Below are positions 56,880 to 64,000 of a stretch of 64,000 bases of DNA, in pieces; position 1 is the stretch's first letter; each line of letters starts with the position of its first letter. Under the pieces are notes generated by a model. The model saw only the letters and a list, made by a program, of their open reading frames with translations. It had not been told where the DNA came from and made no database searches. This DNA is from Eledone cirrhosa (Eukaryota): positions 297,848,001 through 297,912,000 of the forward strand of contig OZ024742.1 of the NCBI GenBank assembly GCA_964016885.1, in the 5' to 3' direction. A program made the translations under genes and the position numbers.

Positions 56880-58945
56880 ATCTTCAGTGGTACTATTATC
56901 ATGTTTCCCCTGCTGTATTGTATGTATTGTAGTGTCTATACCACTTTTATTTTATCTATTTATTAATTTATTTATTTTTGTCCTTGTCTCTGCGCATGCG
57001 TTTGCATGTGTGTATAGTGTTTGGTGTGTGCGTTCGCGTTTGGGTGACTGTGTTTTGGTTATTGTATTCTATCTTAGTTTATTAGTGTGTGTTTATATAT
57101 GTTTTGTTGTTATTGTTCTTGTGTATATATTTATTTATTTATTTATATTTCTCTTAAGTCAGTATTGTTTGTTTGGGTGTTATTGTTATTCCATTCATTT
57201 TTTCTGTTTAGCTTGGGCTTTCTTTGCTCTATTTCGCTTGCTTCTCTGATTTGCCTACCTGTTGGGTCATTTCTATGTTTAGATATTATTTTAATTTCTA
57301 TGCTGTCTATGTTACCGTCATGTTGTTGTCTTCGTATAGTACTGAAGCGTTTTTTTTGTCCTTTTAATTCCCCCCAGTGTTGGTCTATTCTTTCTCCTAT
57401 GCTTTGGGCTGTCTCACCTATGTATGTTGTTGTCATGTTTCTGCAAGTACCCTTTGTACATCTTATGCTATAGACTACATTTCTAGTTTTACAGTTTATC
57501 CGGGGGTTTACCTTACATATGATACATTTCCTATTAGTACAGTGGGTTTTCTTAAAAGGGTAGGTTTTGCTGTTCAGGGATTTTATGGTGGTTCCTGGCT
57601 TTTCTACCACCTTAATCTTTAAGTGGGTATTTCTCAGGGCCTTTCTACACTGGTTAGCTAATTTCCCTCCAGGGGTAGCGTCCACAAACATGACACTCTG
57701 GTATCTCTGGTTGTCGTACCATGAGGTGGCTTTCCCTATCTTATGTCTAGCCCTATCTAAGCTATTCCATGATTTGCTCCTGTATAACAGGCAAATTTCT
57801 TTCATGTCCAGTTCTATGAGGGTCTTATACTTCCCCATGGCTCCTCCGTATACTCTGACTCTGTCTCTTTGGCTGTAGCCAGAGAACTGCATGCGGTTGA
57901 TGAAGTGTTGGATGTGTCTTTCCATTTCTGTTGGGTCGCACATGCGGGACACATTCTTCATCACTCGTACCAAATCTGCGATCAGAATATTAAACTTAGC
58001 ACTACTGGACATTGCTGAGTTTTTGAGTATCAGGTATTTGGAGGCCATGGGTTTAGCATAGTGTGAGTGGAGAATTTTGGCTCTCTCGTCTATAGTGTTA
58101 ATCCAGAGTTCCGTGTCTAATACAGGTAGTGTATTGTTAGGGTGTTTGGAAGGGAAGTCGATAGTTACAGTTATACTCTGGTGTATGGAATTAGCTATCT
58201 GCTAGATGCTTTCCATTGTGCTACGTTCTAAATCAAACTTGTTAGTACTGTCTTGTGGAGATGTCCTTATCACTATATTAATGTCGACTACATAACCATG
58301 ATGAGGTCTATGGAGCTCTCTTCAAGGAGATCTTTGAGTCTCCTTTCCCACCATACCATTAAAAGGTTGGCAACATCACCAGCTATGCTGCTCCCTCATT
58401 TTGGGTGTAGATCTTTACGTTGAATGTGAATATATGGCACTTTAGGGTAGTTTTAATACTAGCCCCTCTTGCATACATGACCATCTTTCTCACCTGATCA
58501 TTATCTTTGGGTGTCCGTATGGCTTTGATCCACCCAATCTACCTTCCCATGGGAGTCTTTTTTGCCATTAAGGTTATGGTGGGGGGGGGGGGTCTACCTC
58601 TTATGGGTCTACTGGGGCAGAAATGGGTAAGGTCATGGCTGTCTAGGTACTCGGTGTATAAGTAAGTCTAAGTAGGAGGCCCAGTTCATCTGTATCTCAC
58701 TCTCACTGATTATCTCCACACATTTTTCCATAGCAAAATCAATGTTAATGGATGGGTACAGTTATACCACGTCCATACTGCCTATTATGTTGTTAGATAG
58801 GTTTTTGTTTTTATTGCACTCATTGATTCTGCTGAGAAGGTCCTCTGTACTGTCACATACATCTGGGGACATCTTAATTATGGAGCATATAACCATTGAT
58901 AAACAGGTGAAACTCCCAGCTAACAAAGGTTGGATAGGTTGTAAC
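56880..58945 (-). mobile_element. Degenerate PLE of a fourth family (RT remnants + GIY-YIG)
   Basis: Minus remnants CDSTEDLL, GSMDV..LYPSI, IAGDVANLLMVWW, LPVLD, YAKPMAS; ORF 57143-58048 with C..C..C, VVY..YIGET..R..H. Confidence 0.85.
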
Positions 58946-59381
58946 AGATCAACTCAGTATTTTCGACATTATTGCAAGATCTATAGTGAAATTTGAAAAT
59001 CATCTATTTGCTGTGATATCAAAACATTTCAAATTTGTAAAAGAAATCATCATGATAATCTTCGTTGTTATTTTTATGTCCTTATTTCCCATGCAAGCCT
59101 GACATGGACAAGACGTTTTTGAACAAAATGTTTTTAATGGGAGGATGCCCTTCTTGACACAGCTATGTTTGTGGATTATATATATAACAAAGAGTTGGAT
59201 CCCAACTACTGAGCTCTTGCCATTTTGACAGCTAATTCCAGGCTATTCTTCAATTAGCTGTTGAAACAGCAAGAGCTCAGCTATCAGGCTCCAATTCTTT
59301 CTAATATAGTTACACTCTACTATCCCAAGTATTGAGTACTCTGTTGAATAAAGGTCTGACTAGTTTATTACTGGTTTAACC

Positions 59382-59423
<42 letters not shown>

Positions 59424-60950
59424 CTTCAAGGAGACAACAAACAGGTACAAAACCTCTTATGCAGCTGTATACATATATGTATGTGAATTTCGTATATCTA
59501 AAGATTTATTAAACATATTGCATATCTTTAGATATACGAAATCCACACACACACACATGTGTGTATGTGTCTGTGTGTGTCTCTGTGTATAAATGTATCC
59601 GTGTGTATCCCATTTTAGGATACATTGTATCCCTGTATGCCATCAGAAGTAAACTAAGAGGTTTGACATCAGGATGGGCATCCAGTTGTAAAGCATTGCC
59701 TCAAAATATTCCATCCAACCCTTACCAGCACAGAAGAGTGGCTGTAAAAATGATATATATCATCATCATTTAACCTCTGTTTTCCTTGCTATACAAGGAC
59801 TGATAGACAAATAGCCAGAATGATAGAAAGATTGATTAAAAGAGAGAGAAAGAAAATATATATATATATATCCAACAGCTGAGTTCATGCCTTTACAACA
59901 GCAAGTTGCAGACTCTGAAACTATATATAATATAGCCATACTCTACTACCCCAAGTCTAACTAGTTTCAAACTGGTTTTATCCTGATTTATATATATATA
60001 TATGTATATATATGTATGTACATAACTACTCCGACATCTTTCAAATACATATATTAGAATTATGTAATAAAATGAAGATGTACCAATAAAATCGTCTCTC
60101 TTATTTATTATATATATATGAGAGAGTGAGAGAGAGAGAGAAAGAGAGAGAGAGTGACAAATGAGATAAAAAGATATAGATAGACAACACTGTTGACAAC
60201 CACTGATTCCTGGTATAAAGAAAGCATTTTATAACATTTGGAATATTCTTCCCACATTTCTGTCTTACATTTGTATTTCATGAACTCTAAACTAAAACTG
60301 AGAACAGTTTTGACTGATCCCAGCATTCATGAGACAGACAGGGAAGCTGTACAGTTACTATGATATAGAATAGTTATTACACACACTCCATTTGAGACAG
60401 ATTAAAGAAACGGGCCTAGAGGACTAAAGTCACATATCTTTCATCTGTCAAGTGATTATTTAGATATTGAAAGTTCAATAAGTGTTGAATTAAATATAAT
60501 TTCATTTGTAATCTTAGATAAATCTAAATTAAGATAAAATGCCTTATCATCACTAATTCATTGAGAGAGAGAATGTAAACCAAACAGCTAGATTTTATCA
60601 AATATAACTGAGGCTTGGGTCACTAGAAAGATAATATATTCTATTATTGGATATATTTTGATATTGGAGAGGATGAAAATCTATTCAGAGTTGAAATCAT
60701 TTTTATCTATTTCAACATTATGTATATTTATGGCAGGGTAGAATTGGTATATCAGTTCAGAGATCAGACAACCAAATAGGGGCCCATAAATATCTGCTGT
60801 CTCCCCGCTCAAAACATATCTCCTCGAATTTTGAGTCATGCTCCATTCCATCTGCTTCAAAGCAGTCTTGTCTAGTTTAGCAAAATTATTCTCAGAGTTT
60901 CTGTGTACATTCCTCTGTTTCTTATAAGGAATTATTATTATTTTATTTTT

Positions 60951-61135
60951 GGATTGGCAGTATTGGTAGAGGGTTGGACGCCTTGCTTTCCAGCATAGTT
61001 ACGTCCCTTTATGATCTGAGTTCAAATCCCGCCGAGGTTGACTTTGCCTTTCATCCTTACGGGGTCGATAAAATAAAGTACCAGTAATGCACTGGGTAAT
61101 TGCTGGCCTTGTGCCTAAAGTAGAAACAATTATTA
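60951..61135 (+). mobile_element. SINE family A
   Basis: B-box-like gagttcaaatccc and (att)n tail; several copies in the window. Confidence 0.8.
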
Positions 61136-61243
61136 TTTTATTTTTTTAATGTGAGAACTGTTGAAAATCATCCTGATTGTAGCAGCAAAAAAATGAACAC
61201 ATCCTATTAACTGGAACCAACAAAACTGTATACTGTTATATAT

Positions 61244-61431
61244 AATAATAATTGTTTCTACTTTTGGCACAAGGCCAGCAATTCACAGTGTATTACTGGT
61301 ACTTTATTTTATCGACCCCGTAAGGATGAAAGCCAAAGTTAATCTCGGCGGGATTTGAACTCAGAATGGCAAAGGCCATAACTCTATGTGTCAAAGCATG
61401 GCATCCGACCCTCTACAGATACTGCCAATCC
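61244..61431 (-). mobile_element. SINE family A (inverted partner of 60951-61135)
   Basis: Reverse-complement match over the full length. Confidence 0.8.
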
Positions 61432-63361
61432 ATTATGTACTATTTAAATACTAGTCACTAAGGATTTTTGTTTGTTTTCATTGCTCTTAGCATTGATGAA
61501 TAGTTGTATCATTAAGATATACAGAGTTAATGTAATAATTTTAATAAAATCAGTAATCAAACTGTTAAATATTACTAGGCAAGAAGTATTTCAAGGCCAA
61601 TTTCTTTGCTAAATCAGATGTTAAACTTGTGGGTCCTATTCTCGTCATAGGCTCTTTTTTGAGGCAATGTTTTACAGGTAGATGCAGATGCTTTTCCTGG
61701 TACCTACCTTTTTAGGTGCCTAAGATGACACACATCAATTAAACTTATAATAATAGTATTTTAATTATTCGTTTGAATAAGGCATTATCTTTTTTTCACT
61801 CCTTTAATATCTGTTTTCAAGGAACACTATCTGTTATGCACAGACATAAGTAGTACACATATAAGGTCTGATATATTTGATAATTTGAATTTTAGAAATT
61901 GTAAACCTGAAATAGATTTGGAATCTATTCCACTGCATGCCATCTTAAGAAATTGCCTCCTACAATAGCCTCAGGTTGACCAATGACCAGGGCCTCAAAA
62001 GAAATTTTGCAAGGCAGTACAAGACCACTTTGGAGCCCAAAGCAGGCAAAGGTTTTTCTCAAAATGGATGTTGCATGGTTGCTGTGGAACCTTCTTAGCT
62101 CTAGAACAAAGTGCTGCCTGGCCCCCACTCTTATAGGTCCTGCCCATGACTGTGAGTGAAATTGGTAGTCAGAAATTGGTACAAAGCCGCTCATATATAT
62201 ATATATTTGTGTGATTCTCAACGTTTCTTATCTTCATATTTGACACCACAAACAGTGACACTTGTAACTAAAGTTCAATATGCAAAAGTCAGTGCTTTAA
62301 TTATAAAACAAATAAACAAGGGTTGAAGGAGGATTGGTAACATGACACTGCCAAAAAAACTTATCTCACCAATGCTAGCTTGTGGAAGAACATGATGTTG
62401 ATGATGGTCGTAGTGAAAGAGGATGATGATGCAATAAGATCAATGAGAGAACAAGAAAATCATTTTTTTTCTTTCAGAATAAATAAATGTCAACAAAAGG
62501 CAGAGAAGCATTAAGTATATAACAATACAAGCATATATTTCTTATGAATTTTCATTGAAAACAAGCCCGTAATCTATTATTGGATAAGTTTGAATACTCT
62601 GCTAATGTATACCAACATAAGAACTGTTGTTGGGTAATCTTGATTCAGCATGATTCATTGAGTAAAACTCGTCATTGAAAATCTCTAGCCTGAGAAGAGA
62701 GCATGTTTTACATGTTGTTTATCAATGATCTAGTTTAAGATATGTAACATGACAGGAGAGGCTGTATTCTATTTGGCTTTTGGCTTAATCTAGTAATTCA
62801 GAGGATTAAAAGTGGACTACTGTAAAAACATATAAGATGGACAAAATTCACTACAAGTATTGTTCCAGTTCAATAGGATTTAGCTCTTAAAACTCTCTAA
62901 TGATTTACTTGGAAACATCTAAAAGCAGGTTTGTTAATTCAAATATTTATAGTAACTTTACTACTTGACAGATTGTTGTGAAACTTTGTAGTATTAAAAG
63001 AAAGACTTCAATTGTTAAAGGGATTGAGTCATAGTGCAGTTTTGTACTTTGTAATTATGATTTGGTACAGAATTATAAGAGTTAATAAAGAATCTGTGTT
63101 TACTACAACACAGTTAATGTTTAATACTAAAACAAAAACAGCTGTAAGCCCTTGTTCTATGATAGTAAGTTGTTTATATGAAAGTATCTATCTAAAAATC
63201 TTCTATTATAATTGTTTGTAAGAAGTTTTGTTAAGTTGTGTACCAAATAGCAGCTTAAAGAGAAATTTAGATATATTCAGCCCCTCAAATTCTTGATTAT
63301 TTTATCAAAATGATTTGAAAACTATAGGCACCATATTTAATTAGAAATATGATAATGAATG

Positions 63362-63403
<42 letters not shown>

Positions 63404-63870
63404 TATGTATGTATGTATATATAGAGAGAGAGATATAGATACATAATCTCCTTACTATAGATTATTATATATGTATTTATGCTGCTTTAATGAGAGTGCC
63501 CATGATCATTTTCATGGGGTCTCCATGACTGTTAGGAGAGATAAACTTGGCCCCAATATTTGCAATGGAGTGGGCCCTGTTAATAGCATTGTTAAACTGC
63601 ACAACAAATTAAGTCTACCACACAAGCAGGCTACAGTGAGATTTGAACTCTAAGAGCCAGAATAAATACCACAAGGCAACAATTTCAATTCTCCAACAGT
63701 TTCACCAGTCCACCATCCTGTACTGGTATATTTTTCAAGGTTTTTATTTAATGGAAATGTCTTTTTTTGTGCATGAAGTATTCAATCATGTTTGTGAAAG
63801 TAAAAAAACAAATGATTAAGATATCCATAGCTTGTAACACAAACAACAAAATTCTCCCCTCTCCACTCAC

Positions 63871-63934
63871 CTGCATAGGGCACCCATTCTACCATGATGT
63901 GGTGGATAAAGTTAGTCTGATATATCCCTTTCAA
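63871..63934 (-). CDS. Candidate small exon
   Basis: tttatag|TTG..GCAG|gtgagt; open frame LKGIYQTNFIHHIMVEWVPYA; phase-1 end compatible with the exon at 15767-15832. Confidence 0.3.
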
Positions 63935-64000
63935 CTATAAATGTGCCAAACTTTGGTACCTTGAGTTCTAGTAAAGTGAGTTTCTTGTGTTGTGCAAGCT

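Overview
AT-rich animal DNA, most likely from an octopus or other cephalopod (inferred from the SINE/RTE families and the dense (TA)n arrays). It appears to be mostly intron of an unidentified minus-strand gene, with two convincing exons at 15767-15832 and 14880-15054. Positions 1-25 kb hold old RTE, CR1 and SINE relics, plus a 29-bp minisatellite interrupted by a young RTE with a target-site duplication (TSD). From about 25.5 to 59.5 kb lies a dense pile-up of retroelements, almost all bounded by (TA)n-derived arrays. These include one apparently full-length Penelope-like element (PLE; 819-aa RT + C-terminal GIY-YIG), four truncated or degenerate PLE copies from three further families, RTE LINEs carrying a PHD-like Cys-rich insert, an intact 5'-truncated CR1-group LINE, and RTE-tailed SINEs. 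The most striking unannotated signal is in the non-coding DNA. About ten distinct families of hammerhead-ribozyme (HHR)-like motifs occur (six complete, the rest partial or variant), each with its own palindromic stem III. Many sit in head-to-head inverted insertions whose 3' ends stop at internal TA microhomologies and run into (TA)n. They include small ORF-less, retrozyme-like units. All structural calls were made by eye; no searches or folding were run.
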